Source: TPA_inf: Saccharomyces
Taxonomy: Eukaryota
Direction of reading: 5' to 3'
DNA: 64,000 nt
NCBI GenBank assembly: GCA_000146045.2
Contig: BK006946.2
Span: 32,001-96,000 of the forward strand
Position 1 is the stretch's first letter. Each line of letters starts with the position of its first letter. A program made the translations under genes and the position numbers. Positions 53,987-64,000 of the stretch are shown here, in pieces. A model generated the notes under the pieces. It worked only from the letters and a program-made list of their open reading frames with translations, made no database searches and had not been told where the DNA came from.

Positions 53987-54739
53987 TCATAATGCTTCTA
54001 ATCTATCATTTATTTCTTGAGAAGTTAATTTTCTAAATCTAGGGCCTTTATCGGTTGGAATACCAGTGTAGCCTAGCAAGTCAGGGTTCTCATCGCCAAT
54101 AATAGCCAGTTCAATGGTGTCACCATTGAATTCGCCCTCTACCGACTCCTTCAGCGTTAGTAAGGCAATATGAATGGCGTCTTCTAGTTCCAGTTCATCA
54201 TTCCATCTTTTCTCTAAAAACGTTTTTGCCGCCACAGAACCTTTTCCTATAGCGGTGGCTTTCCAAGGGAAGTAGGAACCGGAAGGATCCACTTGATATA
54301 AACTAAACCCATTAAATTCGTCGTGGCCAGCAATCAACAGTGAAACACCAAAGGGTCTGACACCACCGGACTGTGTAGCCTCTTGCATTATTTTGGCTAC
54401 TTCAGAAACCAGTAATTTGGTGGGAGGGTATTCACCATAAATTCGTTTATAACTAGTATGTGCTACCTTTCTTGATTTATCCACTAAAACTCTATAATCA
54501 GGCCCCATACCGGAATATACTGCACCAATGTCCGGTGTTAGTAAGGATACCTTCGAAAGTGTTTCTGACATGGCCAGTGGCGAGGACGACTTCTTTTCTG
54601 TGGCAATTACTACACCATTCGTAGCTTTTATACCCAATGAGGTGACACCTTGTTTTACTGCCGTCAAGGCGTAATCAATTTGACCCAATTTACCGCTGGG
54701 AGAAAAAGTGGTCAACGAAAAAGAATATCTGTCGGTCAT
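53987..54739 (-). CDS. PRE8: 20S proteasome alpha-type subunit (alpha2)
   Basis: 250-aa ORF. It has the alpha-subunit N-terminal signature '[20 protein letters not shown]'. The length equals PRE8. There is a PACE element 112 bp upstream. Confidence 0.92.
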
Positions 54740-54850
54740 AATTATAGAACTGTGTTGATTGGTGTCTTATGGTTGCTTACTACTAATTGAAACTAAAAAT
54801 ATAAAATGCTTCACCTATTCCACTCTCAGCTTATTGGGGCCGGGGACAAT

Positions 54851-54859
54851 TTTGCCACC
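54851..54859 (-). promoter_or_regulatory. PACE (proteasome-associated control element, Rpn4 binding site) GGTGGCAAA
   Basis: The plus strand reads 'tttgccacc', so the minus strand reads GGTGGCAAA, a perfect 9-mer. It lies 112–120 bp upstream of the PRE8 ATG, in the orientation of the gene. Confidence 0.8.
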
Positions 54860-54950
54860 TTAATAAGCTATTATCGCTTTTCACGTCGAAAGGAAAAAAT
54901 AAAAGCGTAAGCAATGGTGTAGATACTTCTTATATAGACGTTATTATTAC

Positions 54951-55060
<110 letters not shown>

Positions 55061-55122
55061 GACATTAATTACTTGTAATTATGTTATAACAGTGAAATAA
55101 ATAAAATATCAAATTGTAAAGG

Positions 55123-58100
55123 TCATGCTTGAAGAGGCTTGCTCTTCCTTAAAAGGGACCTGAATTCCCTGACCTTTTCAATATTGGCATCATTTCCACT
55201 AGTGATGAAGCTTTCTTCTAGATAGCTCAGTATCTTATTGAGACCTTTCTGTTGGAGTGAATAGATCAACCCATTCTGAAGGACTAACGAGGAAGCGTGT
55301 TCGTTTATATAAATAGTTTCGATCAAGTTATTGAACAACATTGAAGGAGTGAAAGGATTTAAAAAAGACTCGACTGAAACCAAGGTCTTCAGTTCATCCA
55401 TGTCCAATTCAGGTGACTTCAAATAAGCTTTGAATCTGCAGTAGTTCTTTACTTTTTCTCTCAATTTTTCCTTCATTGATTTGTCATTTTCAATGCTGGG
55501 AGACAATAGTCTGATGGAATCATACAAATTGTTTAGCATTTGATTCAGGATTTCTTTTTTAACTTTTGCTGCCATTCCACCGACGTTGAAGTTCATGAGG
55601 TGATCTGAATGGGCAATTAAGTTGTACGTCGATAGTAAATTTATGAAGCTTGTTTGGCTGGATAAAATATTGGCGAATTGTAATGTATTTTCCGGACTTT
55701 CATAATACGTGATGTTCCTATTGAAACTATCCAAAAATAAGGCAAATGTATAAAGGTCCATAGTCTTATGGGGGGTTCTCAGCTCCCTTGGAGTCTTTTC
55801 AAACAGCGTGAATGCCCCTTTTAAATCATTCTTATTAATTAAATATTCTAGCTGAATATCAATTTTTGATGATTCGCTTATTTTGTCATTAAACTTTTTA
55901 GAGAGACTTTCATACTTCTTGAATTCACCAGACCTGATACAAGATTTTAATAAAAGTTCCAAATTTAACACCGGAACAATATTATTATATCTCAAAATAT
56001 CTGCGTACTTACCGCCGTCAAACAGTCTTTCATAAATCAGCTCAATAGCATTTTTGTTTTCGGCTTGAATAGCAATACTTTTGAACTTTTCTGGGAAATC
56101 ACAGATTCTTATGAAATTCGATAAAGATTCGCAGTTTTCGATTAATTTTAACATAGAATCATTTCTTAAATTTGGCACAAAAACTTTGCTAAATTTTGGA
56201 TTATTGATTATCAATTGGGTTAGGTTCCTACCAGGAATCTTTGAAATCATCAAATTTACGATATTTTTTAGTTCAATTGAATCAGGGCATACCTCTAAGC
56301 ACTTGTCAATAATTTGTTTGTTAATAGCTCGTTTAATTATCAATTCTTTATAAGTGTCATAATCAAAGCAATAACCTTCTTTGCTCAATTTCGTAAATTC
56401 TCTTATACCACCTCTGGGTGAGTTCCTGATGAAAGAACCTAGTGACAAAGGATAAGATTTGTCCCAATCACCTGGATGATTGAAAAAGTTCAATAAATCT
56501 TGTCCATTAGCGGTGTCATCTAGGTTAACCATTTTCATAGCTTGAGATACGACACCTGCTAACAAATTAGGATCTAGGTTTAATCTGCAGAAGTTTTGAG
56601 CTAACATTTTAAACTGATGTTCAATTTGATCTCTAAACTTCAAAAGAACCTCGTTGTTGCCATTTTGCAAAATTGGGTAAGTGTCAAAATCAAATAATTT
56701 TGTTACCAAAATTGCATGAATCTCCAGAATGTATGGGAAATCCTTTATTGTCTTTGGAATTTTAATGAAGTTATTAATGCATGATATTAGCCCATTATAG
56801 CTGACCAATTCACAGTTTTCTAAATTGAAATCTTCTACGAAGTTTTTGAAAAACTTTGCGTGGGATATTTTGTTTAATAATGATTGTGATTGGAAATTAT
56901 CAACTATCATATTTAAGAATTGAAATTTGTTAATTGAGTTGCTCTTCTTGATAAACTCAGCGTGTGATTCAATAAATCTCATAAGGTAGTCCTCGCCGCA
57001 CTGAATTTCTCTTAAATAATTGAAAACAAATGGATAAATGCCAATATCAAAAGAAAAATTTTTGACAATGGACTCTTCTAGAATTTTCATAATAACTTCA
57101 TTATCTTTCAATTGTAAAGAATAATCTAACAAAGAGGTCGTAATGGAGTCAACACCGATTGGATGCAGTAAGTAATCTGATAATTTTTGTTTTTTTAATG
57201 GAGACAAATTTCTTTCCATAGGAAAAATATAGTCATATATTTTCTTAGTCAAATTCCAATCTTGGAAACTGTTTGCCATGAAAACCAAATAAAATTCGTA
57301 AGAGAACTCAGGTATCCAATTTAAATTATGGAATTTAAACCATATTTCATAAGCTTTTGAAGGATCTACCTTACTCATCGAAATTAAGAAACTCGATAGC
57401 AATAAAGAAATATTGGAAGCGAGACCATTTGAGCTTTGAATTTTGGAAACTAAATCGTCCAAAAGATTGGTAGCCAGTTCAACTTCGCCAGTTTCAATAA
57501 AACTAGAAAGAATCACGCTGTAAATTTCAAACTGGTCATCAAATAAGCCTTGGTCTGGACTGCCAGATGATAAAGATAGTCTGAAATCTTCATAAAGTTC
57601 TTTAATGGCAAACTTATCATTTGTTAATTTAGCGTATGAGAAGCATGCTATGAAGTAAAAAGAATCTTTGATAAAGGCAGGTGAAGATTTAATAACTTGT
57701 TGGGCTTTTGACAGGGTGATATGGCCCGGATAGATGTTCATCGCTAAAAGGTTATAGTCGAGAACATCTTTGGAAAAATTGCGAAACTTAACCACACTTT
57801 TTTGCTTTGGATCGTTGGTGGTCGTATTGAATAATTCAATGGCAATTTTGTAAAAATCACTACCGTTTGGATTTTCGAACTGATAGGCCAAAATTGAGCC
57901 CTTGAAAAGAGACAATAGTACAATATTATAAATCTCATCAGGAGGTTTTAATCTATTGTTGATCATATCTTGGTAGCACGTCAAGAGTTCGTACATTTTG
58001 TTGTCTAAATCATTGTTATCTAGCGGCCTTTTGCAAAGAGAGTCCAAAACCTTCGTAAATATTTCCAGTGGCGGAACGATATCATTTCTTTTCAATGATT

Positions 58101-58731
58101 GATATAAAGAGTTGATTTTGTTATAATTTTTTTGTTCGTAACAACGATTAATTTCATCAATATGAGTTTGCAAGTATGTAGATTTATTCAGGCATGGTTC
58201 TGTGTCCTCCTTCCAAACTGGAGCGTTTTCGTCTTTTAGAAGGCTGTACTCATTTTGTGGCTGTTGTACTGATGGTTGTGATGTTTTTAATGATAGATCT
58301 TGGAAGTTCCTATTACTAAAGTTTAAGGGGTCATATTGGTTTGTTGGTAATGTGGGGCCGGTAGAATAATACCTATGTTGATTGTTGTTGTTGTTATTAA
58401 CATAGTTTGTACTTTGCTGCTGCTTCAGCGATCGAAGGGAAACGTTTTGGTTATAAAGTAGTTCTTCGTGGGTGAGGGGGTTGTTAGTGTTGTTTATGCT
58501 AGAATCCAGGTCGTGCGGATGCAAAATATCATCTACGTTGTTATAGTTTACATTCGCTACTACGACCGGATGAGGATGTAGATGAGATGCATGAAGTACG
58601 GGATCCGAATTTACCAAACCTTGGTTTTGCCTTAGATACTGGTAGGAGCTATCGAAAAAAGATGTTGCAGTTTTCTTTTGAGCGGCGGAACGATGATAAC
58701 CTTTAGAGTATATGAATGATTTGAAAGCCAT
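55123..58731 (-). CDS. RPM2: Mitochondrial RNase P protein subunit (also implicated in mitochondrial/nuclear gene expression)
   Basis: 1202-aa ORF. Length and position match YML091C. It has an N-terminal N-rich region and helical-repeat (PPR-like) character. Recognition is mainly by recollection of length and synteny. Confidence 0.82.
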   Translation of the reverse strand: MAFKSFIYSKGYHRSAAQKKTATSFFDSSYQYLRQNQGLVNSDPVLHASHLHPHPVVVANVNYNNVDDILHPHDLDSSINNTNNPLTHEELLYNQNVSLRSLKQQQSTNYVNNNNNNQHRYYSTGPTLPTNQYDPLNFSNRNFQDLSLKTSQPSVQQPQNEYSLLKDENAPVWKEDTEPCLNKSTYLQTHIDEINRCYEQKNYNKINSLYQSLKRNDIVPPLEIFTKVLDSLCKRPLDNNDLDNKMYELLTCYQDMINNRLKPPDEIYNIVLLSLFKGSILAYQFENPNGSDFYKIAIELFNTTTNDPKQKSVVKFRNFSKDVLDYNLLAMNIYPGHITLSKAQQVIKSSPAFIKDSFYFIACFSYAKLTNDKFAIKELYEDFRLSLSSGSPDQGLFDDQFEIYSVILSSFIETGEVELATNLLDDLVSKIQSSNGLASNISLLLSSFLISMSKVDPSKAYEIWFKFHNLNWIPEFSYEFYLVFMANSFQDWNLTKKIYDYIFPMERNLSPLKKQKLSDYLLHPIGVDSITTSLLDYSLQLKDNEVIMKILEESIVKNFSFDIGIYPFVFNYLREIQCGEDYLMRFIESHAEFIKKSNSINKFQFLNMIVDNFQSQSLLNKISHAKFFKNFVEDFNLENCELVSYNGLISCINNFIKIPKTIKDFPYILEIHAILVTKLFDFDTYPILQNGNNEVLLKFRDQIEHQFKMLAQNFCRLNLDPNLLAGVVSQAMKMVNLDDTANGQDLLNFFNHPGDWDKSYPLSLGSFIRNSPRGGIREFTKLSKEGYCFDYDTYKELIIKRAINKQIIDKCLEVCPDSIELKNIVNLMISKIPGRNLTQLIINNPKFSKVFVPNLRNDSMLKLIENCESLSNFIRICDFPEKFKSIAIQAENKNAIELIYERLFDGGKYADILRYNNIVPVLNLELLLKSCIRSGEFKKYESLSKKFNDKISESSKIDIQLEYLINKNDLKGAFTLFEKTPRELRTPHKTMDLYTFALFLDSFNRNITYYESPENTLQFANILSSQTSFINLLSTYNLIAHSDHLMNFNVGGMAAKVKKEILNQMLNNLYDSIRLLSPSIENDKSMKEKLREKVKNYCRFKAYLKSPELDMDELKTLVSVESFLNPFTPSMLFNNLIETIYINEHASSLVLQNGLIYSLQQKGLNKILSYLEESFITSGNDANIEKVREFRSLLRKSKPLQA

Positions 58732-60234
58732 TTTCGTTTGTGTATGCTTGTTTTTTCTTTTCTGTTTGTTGTAGTCTCTATAAATTTAAATGCACTTATC
58801 TTTTTATGCAAAAAAAGCTGGGCGAGTTATTTGTTTCTATATTTGTATAATTTTTTTTTTTGTGAAGATGAATATAAACTGACAAAAAATTGTGTCAGAG
58901 TTGAAGCTATAGCTCCTTTTATGATGTGTCTTGGTTCTTTGGGTGCGATATTAGGGAAACAACGCACAGCAAATTTTCTTCTGCTTTCTTATAACGTTAT
59001 AAACAATCCTGTTGTCTTGGTTTATTATGTGGAAAACTTTTCACGGATCAATTTTATAAAGCATACAACTAAAGAGAAAAGTGTAATATGGACGAACGAG
59101 AGACAACTTAATCCATGGATTTGTAATTGACGTGTGTATGATTCGAGGGAAACTGACAGTTTTTGCTTTGTCATGGGGGAATTGTAAGGCACACCGAGTC
59201 TCGGCCCCGAGTGCCTGGCCAATGAGAACGCGCGCATTCGGAGCTGCCCCACTTTTTGTGCGCTCTTGCATTTCATTGGTTAGCCGGAGGAATTCGGCGG
59301 TTAAAAGCGGACTCGAGCGGAAATAAAGTCTTTGCTTATTGTATGCCAGGAAAAGCTCTACAAATCTACTAAAAGAGTCAAATATACAGCTTTGCCAAGC
59401 GTGCGGCATAGGGAATAACAACAAATTGGAAATGTGCGGCTAGCGTAATCTTGGTATCTACTACCGACTCTGAAGAGTTTAGCGGGCTCTCAGACGGTTT
59501 TTTCGCTTTTGGCATTTTATTCAGGTAGCCTTAGATGTTAAATTTTCCATGGCATCTTGCGTAAAGCCTGCTAGGTTCCTTGCCACGTATAATTGCGCCG
59601 CGAATTCTGTGATAAATATATTGTAAGATTTTCTGTTGTCTTGGAATTGCTCTCTCTTTAAATAATACTTTATATGTTTACCCCAATTCTTTGCCGCCGA
59701 AAGGTCAGCGTTGCATTACGTGGTGTCCGGTCGCTATTTCCTGGGTTTTCTGCGGCAGATTCGCACTGCGCGCCACAGCTGCAACAACTGCAGTGTTATT
59801 TCGGGTGCCAATTTAGCGTGCTTCGATCTAACTATTCTGTAAATTCTGTAGTGACTCTTTAGGGCGAAGTACGTATTTCATGATTTAAAATCCCCGTCTT
59901 CAAATATACCGAAAAAAGAAACAAGACATTTTTTAGCAGTTTATGTACGCATTTTAAAAGCCGGGAAATGCTTCTTGTTACCCCTTTTGGCGCTTTGGAT
60001 AAGTAGTTCACTTAGCTATTTTTTTTTCCGGTTCGAACTCGGGGTGAGGCTTTATCATGCACTTTTTTTTGGCTATTATTAATTTTCGCAGCCTTAATTT
60101 TTCCCTTTCCATTTTCTCGCATGTGGCGGTTTTCAGTATTACTTAGAGATGCCTTAAATAAATCTAACAGGCAGGTATACCAGGTACGAGTTAAAAACCT
60201 TTATCAGGTGGCCGACACTAGGGAATAAGACAGC

Positions 60235-62241
60235 ATGGAGCGGCCTGGCTTGGTATTGCAGGACCTTCCACCCGAAATCCTGATAAACATCTTTTCTCAC
60301 TTAGACGAAAAGGACTTGTTCACGTTGCAAGAACTTTCTACGCATTTCCGGAACTTAATTCACGATGAAGAACTTTGGAAGAACCTGTTTAAGTCTAGAG
60401 TTCACACGACTCATTTCCCCACATTTTCTCAGTCTTCGAAATTTAGTGTAGAGTATATTGAAAGGACACGGGGTCTTCATCATTGGCAGCATAACAAGGC
60501 TATAAGAACCAAATACACAATAATTCCGACGAGAAACTGGGATCAGCCCAGTATAGAACGCATAGTGTTTGATTATCCACGAGTTGCAGCTTATAATGAT
60601 GGTACCATTACAATTTTACAGTTACAAAATCACAAAAGGCAGAAGAAATTTAAGAAATTGATTTATATTCCATGTACAACACCACAAGGTTGTTCTACCA
60701 TGGACTTCAATATTAATGCTGCAGTGTTTGGTAGGTTTGACGGCAGAGTGTTTGGAAAACTGCTAAGTAACAAATCGTACTTAACGCCCGTGATGGAATT
60801 TACGGGAAGGCATAGTGCAGGCGTTACTGCCATTTGTAATTCAGAATCCTGGGACACGTCAAGAGAGGACTGGTCTGTTAGTGGCTCTGAAAACGGTGAA
60901 ATTATATGGTGGTGCGAAAATAAGCTTGTTAAGATGTGGAAGGTTTCTAATAGGGTAATTTGGAAACTGGCTTTTTTTAAAGATTGGACCTTAATTATGG
61001 ATGATGAAAAGCTGTACATTATCCATCAAATGCAGGAATTGCACAGTATTGATATTCCTAAGGATCTGGACGAACAGCCTATGAGGGTACGGTTTTTCAA
61101 GATGGATTTCGGTTCCATGACTTTGGTACTTGCTGACCTGAATAACGTTTATACAATATCGGTCAATCCCAATGGTAACTTCGGCAATTTGAGAAAGTTG
61201 GAGATGCCTGAACAAATATGCGCAGTTGAAATAGATGAAAAAACTTCTCAAAGGGAACAAAACTGGCAATTTGCTGGTGATGACGGCTGCTATATCAGTC
61301 TTTTGACGACACAGAACACTTTATACATTATCAATATAAGAGATCTTTCTTCGTCAGGCTTAAAAGTTCAATGTAAGATAAGTTTTGATGAGCAGGTATA
61401 CGTATCGCAGGTGACAAATTTAATAGTTGTGGTAGCATTGCCAAATGTTCTTCAAATATTGAACGCGATGACAGGCGAGTTAATAAAGACAGTGTTGAAA
61501 ACCGAGAAGTTTCCCGAATTTTTGAAGGTATCGCAGGATAAAATCATTATGGGAAGCGGTAACGTTTTGAATTATTTAAAGTTTGTTTCAAGTGATTCAA
61601 AGAAACATCACCATTCCACTAAAGGTAAAAACACAGTAAGCAATAAGTGGAATGAAACTTTGAACACGGAGCTGCAATATTATGATGAAGATGAAGACCT
61701 TAGAAGAAAAAGACAGTCAGAAATATCAAGATTGATCGATGCGTATGGTGGAGACCTTGAACTTTCAGGCGACACCGATGAAGAAAACGACATTCAGTTG
61801 AGAATTGCACTCTTAGAATCACAGGAGGCGCAAGCACGGAATCAAGCTGAAGCGGGGGAGCCTGTCGGAGATGATGAAGATGAGCAGTTAAGAAGGGCGC
61901 TGGAGGAATCTCAACTGATATATGAGACGCAAACGAATAGCTCTGCGAATCATGGTAATAATACGAATGATGAGATAGATGAAGATGATGAAGAGTTTCT
62001 CAGAGCCATCAGACAATCAAGAGTGGAGGACGAAAGGAGAAGACATCTTAGAAATCATACTACAGGTCGACGAAATGGGCCCTTGAGCGACGATAATTTT
62101 GCTACATATGGTGCAGCAGAGTCATCCGAACGAACCTCAACTGAGAACACTATCGGTAGTTCTGTTGGCGTTGATGCTAGTAATAATGTTGATGAAGACT
62201 TACAATTGGCCATTGCGTTGTCATTGAGTGAAATCAATTGA
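60235..62241 (+). CDS. UFO1: F-box protein (SCF substrate receptor) with four C-terminal ubiquitin-interacting motifs
   Basis: 668-aa ORF. It has an N-terminal F-box ('LQDLPPEILINIFSHLDEKDLFTLQELS') and four UIM-like repeats ('DIQLRIALLESQEA', 'DEQLRRALEESQLI', 'EEFLRAIRQSRVED', 'DLQLAIALSLSEIN'). The length equals UFO1. Confidence 0.92.
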   Translation: MERPGLVLQDLPPEILINIFSHLDEKDLFTLQELSTHFRNLIHDEELWKNLFKSRVHTTHFPTFSQSSKFSVEYIERTRGLHHWQHNKAIRTKYTIIPTRNWDQPSIERIVFDYPRVAAYNDGTITILQLQNHKRQKKFKKLIYIPCTTPQGCSTMDFNINAAVFGRFDGRVFGKLLSNKSYLTPVMEFTGRHSAGVTAICNSESWDTSREDWSVSGSENGEIIWWCENKLVKMWKVSNRVIWKLAFFKDWTLIMDDEKLYIIHQMQELHSIDIPKDLDEQPMRVRFFKMDFGSMTLVLADLNNVYTISVNPNGNFGNLRKLEMPEQICAVEIDEKTSQREQNWQFAGDDGCYISLLTTQNTLYIINIRDLSSSGLKVQCKISFDEQVYVSQVTNLIVVVALPNVLQILNAMTGELIKTVLKTEKFPEFLKVSQDKIIMGSGNVLNYLKFVSSDSKKHHHSTKGKNTVSNKWNETLNTELQYYDEDEDLRRKRQSEISRLIDAYGGDLELSGDTDEENDIQLRIALLESQEAQARNQAEAGEPVGDDEDEQLRRALEESQLIYETQTNSSANHGNNTNDEIDEDDEEFLRAIRQSRVEDERRRHLRNHTTGRRNGPLSDDNFATYGAAESSERTSTENTIGSSVGVDASNNVDEDLQLAIALSLSEIN

Positions 62242-62430
62242 AAGTATGTACATTTGGAAGAGCATATGTTAAATATTTTATTTATAGATTTTTCGTTGTG
62301 AAATATTATTTTTTTTTTTTTGAAAAAAATGTCGGACTTTATTCCTCCTAATTATTAATAAAATACGAATATATATCTAAATATAATTAATGCTTATTTA
62401 CATGAAAAATCATCAATCGTAAACAGTTGA

Positions 62431-63369
62431 TTAAAAAACAAAAACTTTATCGGTTCCATTACCTTTGTGAAACCCATTACTCCACCCCAACTCCTTTGCA
62501 TAATTCAAAACCATTTCATTCATTTTAGGTGGTCCGCAAATCAATAAACGATGGTCCTCCGCTTGTTTAGGTAGGTATCTTTTCATTTCCTCTAGAGTTA
62601 CGTACCCAACATCACCGTTCCATTTACCGTTTGGCTTATGAATTACATAATGAACTTTAAAATGCGGGTACTCCTTAGCCATGTGGTCTAGTTGCGATTT
62701 CATGAGAATGTCATCCTCTGTTTCGTTTGCGTATATCAAAGAAATGTGTGTTAGGTCTTCTGGAGAGGGTATGATTTCTTGCAGCACTTGCAATACAGGG
62801 GTTATACCAGACCCCCCTGCGATTATACCCAACTCTGTTGCGGTGTCCTGATCATATTCCAGCTCACCTAACGGCCCTTTAAATTCAACATACTGGCGAA
62901 TTTTTAATTTATCAAAATACTTAGAAACGACACCATGTTTATACGTCTTGACTACTAATTCCAAGTGACCCTCCGTATTAGGAACATTTACTGGCGTATA
63001 GTACCTCACTAATCGCTCACCATTTATTGTAACCCTTACTGCCAGGTGGTATCCCATGGGAATATGCAATCTTTCAAATGGGTACTTTAACTTGAAGCAG
63101 TACAGACTAGTATTACGAGAAATGCGGGTCTTCTTGGATAGCGGTAGCGCGACCCATTTATTTCTGTAAAGAGATTTATCAGTTCCAATCGAAATAAACG
63201 CTGTGGCATAAAGTACTACGAATTGCAGCAATGAAACGACCACGATTCTACCATTTTGCGTTTTCCAAAAGTAAAGAGGTGTAACCACACAATTCAGAAG
63301 CAATCCAGTACAAAATGGATAAAACGGATTTGTCGAAACAAAAGATATGCATGTCTCTACTATCGACAT
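62431..63369 (-). CDS. AIM33: Cytochrome-b5-reductase-like FAD/NAD(P)H oxidoreductase with N-terminal membrane anchor
   Basis: 312-aa ORF. It has the FAD-binding 'RYYTPVN' (RxY[ST]) and NADH-binding 'GIIAGGSGITPVLQVL' (GxGxxP) motifs, with N-terminal transmembrane helices. The length equals AIM33. Confidence 0.88.
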   Translation of the reverse strand: MSIVETCISFVSTNPFYPFCTGLLLNCVVTPLYFWKTQNGRIVVVSLLQFVVLYATAFISIGTDKSLYRNKWVALPLSKKTRISRNTSLYCFKLKYPFERLHIPMGYHLAVRVTINGERLVRYYTPVNVPNTEGHLELVVKTYKHGVVSKYFDKLKIRQYVEFKGPLGELEYDQDTATELGIIAGGSGITPVLQVLQEIIPSPEDLTHISLIYANETEDDILMKSQLDHMAKEYPHFKVHYVIHKPNGKWNGDVGYVTLEEMKRYLPKQAEDHRLLICGPPKMNEMVLNYAKELGWSNGFHKGNGTDKVFVF

Positions 63370-63790
63370 TGTTGCGAATGGTTGCTTTTTACAAAGAAAA
63401 AATGTGATATGAGTTAATACTAAACATACTTAAATCCTAGAGAGAAAAAAAGTACTGCAATATATACAGCACTCAAAATACATTTCTATCTGATTTCTAA
63501 AAACTTCCCTGTAGATGGATCTACGTTACGCCATGCCGATGTTTCGTTTTTGCTTATACGACCAATCATTACCGCGTTCGGCTTTTCCAAAAAAAAAAAA
63601 CTATAGTAAGGATAATGAAAAGAAAAAAGGGTCCCATGATTACTAAAAAGCTCTAATTCAAAAAAAAAGTCTTTGATAGGCAGCTAGGAATAGTTATTAG
63701 AATGTACATGAACAGTCATCACACTGCTATATATATATATATATATATTCTTTTTTAGTAAAATATAGAGATTATTGAGACAAAAAGAGA

Positions 63791-64000
63791 CTAGTCGGAC
63801 AACTCACTAGGATCTATAATACCATTTATGATAGCCCACTGTTTGTTTGCCAAGAATACATTATCGGGATCTTGCTCCTTTCTTATTTTCCGGAACTTTT
63901 TCAAATCCTCGCCATACCATTCTTCAACCTTCAATGCCATCCCCCTCATTTCAAAGTCATCGTAATCAGTATCCTTTTTCACTGGTCCAGCAGCTAGAGT
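63791..64000 (-). CDS. ALO1: D-arabinono-1,4-lactone oxidase, C-terminal fragment (the gene continues beyond the window end)
   Basis: The ORF is open to the window edge and ends with '...WAIINGIIDPSELSD*'. This is the ALO/GLO C-terminal domain. It matches YML086C, which follows AIM33 in S. cerevisiae. Confidence 0.75.
   Translation of the reverse strand, partial: TLAAGPVKKDTDYDDFEMRGMALKVEEWYGEDLKKFRKIRKEQDPDNVFLANKQWAIINGIIDPSELSD

Noticed and set aside
58738-59424. Two overlapping short ORFs on opposite strands (58738..59130 on the plus strand, 130 aa; 59041..59424 on the minus strand, 127 aa) in the RPM2–UFO1 spacer
   Set aside because: They overlap each other on opposite strands and have no recognisable domains. 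One abuts or overlaps the RPM2 start region. They are typical of 'dubious' ORFs, so I treat them as non-coding.
60020-60050. tRNA-like T-arm resemblance ('tccggttcgaactcggg')
   Set aside because: It is preceded by a T9 run rather than D-arm, anticodon or variable-loop sequence. No cloverleaf can be built around it, and no A/B-box pair is present. I found no tRNA gene anywhere in the window.
62242-62430. Possible ARS in the AT-rich UFO1–AIM33 convergent intergenic region, and other AT-rich spacers
   Set aside because: I could only find matches to the 11-bp ACS (WTTTAYRTTTW) with one or more mismatches. Such near-matches occur by chance in any AT-rich yeast DNA. I cannot support an origin call from sequence alone.

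Overview
The window reads as a gene-dense budding-yeast nuclear chromosomal core segment, with coding density of roughly 75–80%. Gene order, orientation and protein lengths match, gene for gene, what I recall of Saccharomyces cerevisiae chromosome XIII left arm, from YML118W/NGL3 through the 3' end of YML086C/ALO1. The match is consistent with reference positions of about chrXIII 32–96 kb. That correspondence is recollection, not a database search. I can support 31 complete protein-coding genes plus the 3' end of a 32nd (ALO1). Among these, one gene is spliced (GIM5, with a 16-nt first exon) and one low-confidence small ORF (YML100W-A) lies in the TSL1 promoter. I see no tRNA, rRNA, snoRNA, Ty element or solo LTR, CRISPR array or foreign-looking island. 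My conclusion is that the window does not contain an obviously novel or undescribed system. The things worth a second look are small-scale. (1) A perfect (ATT)35 microsatellite sits between RPM2 and PRE8 and creates a spurious poly-Asn ORF. It probably corresponds to a known hypervariable typing locus. (2) Promoter motifs fit each gene's biology and are directly visible: a PACE/Rpn4 site before PRE8; PAC plus RRPE before UTP14; four STREs in a GC-rich island before TSL1; and Gcn4 and Yap-type sites before ATR1. (3) Several in-frame upstream ATG extensions precede the recalled gene starts (NAB6, DAT1, YML108W, PML39, VPS9). (4) YML096W and RAD10 overlap tail-to-tail by 6 bp. (5) A 1.1-kb ORF-poor, comparatively GC-rich spacer before UFO1 contains an imperfect palindrome. 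(6) The promoter of DAT1, which encodes a poly(dA:dT)-binding protein, carries three dA:dT tracts. All coordinates are window coordinates and include the stop codon.
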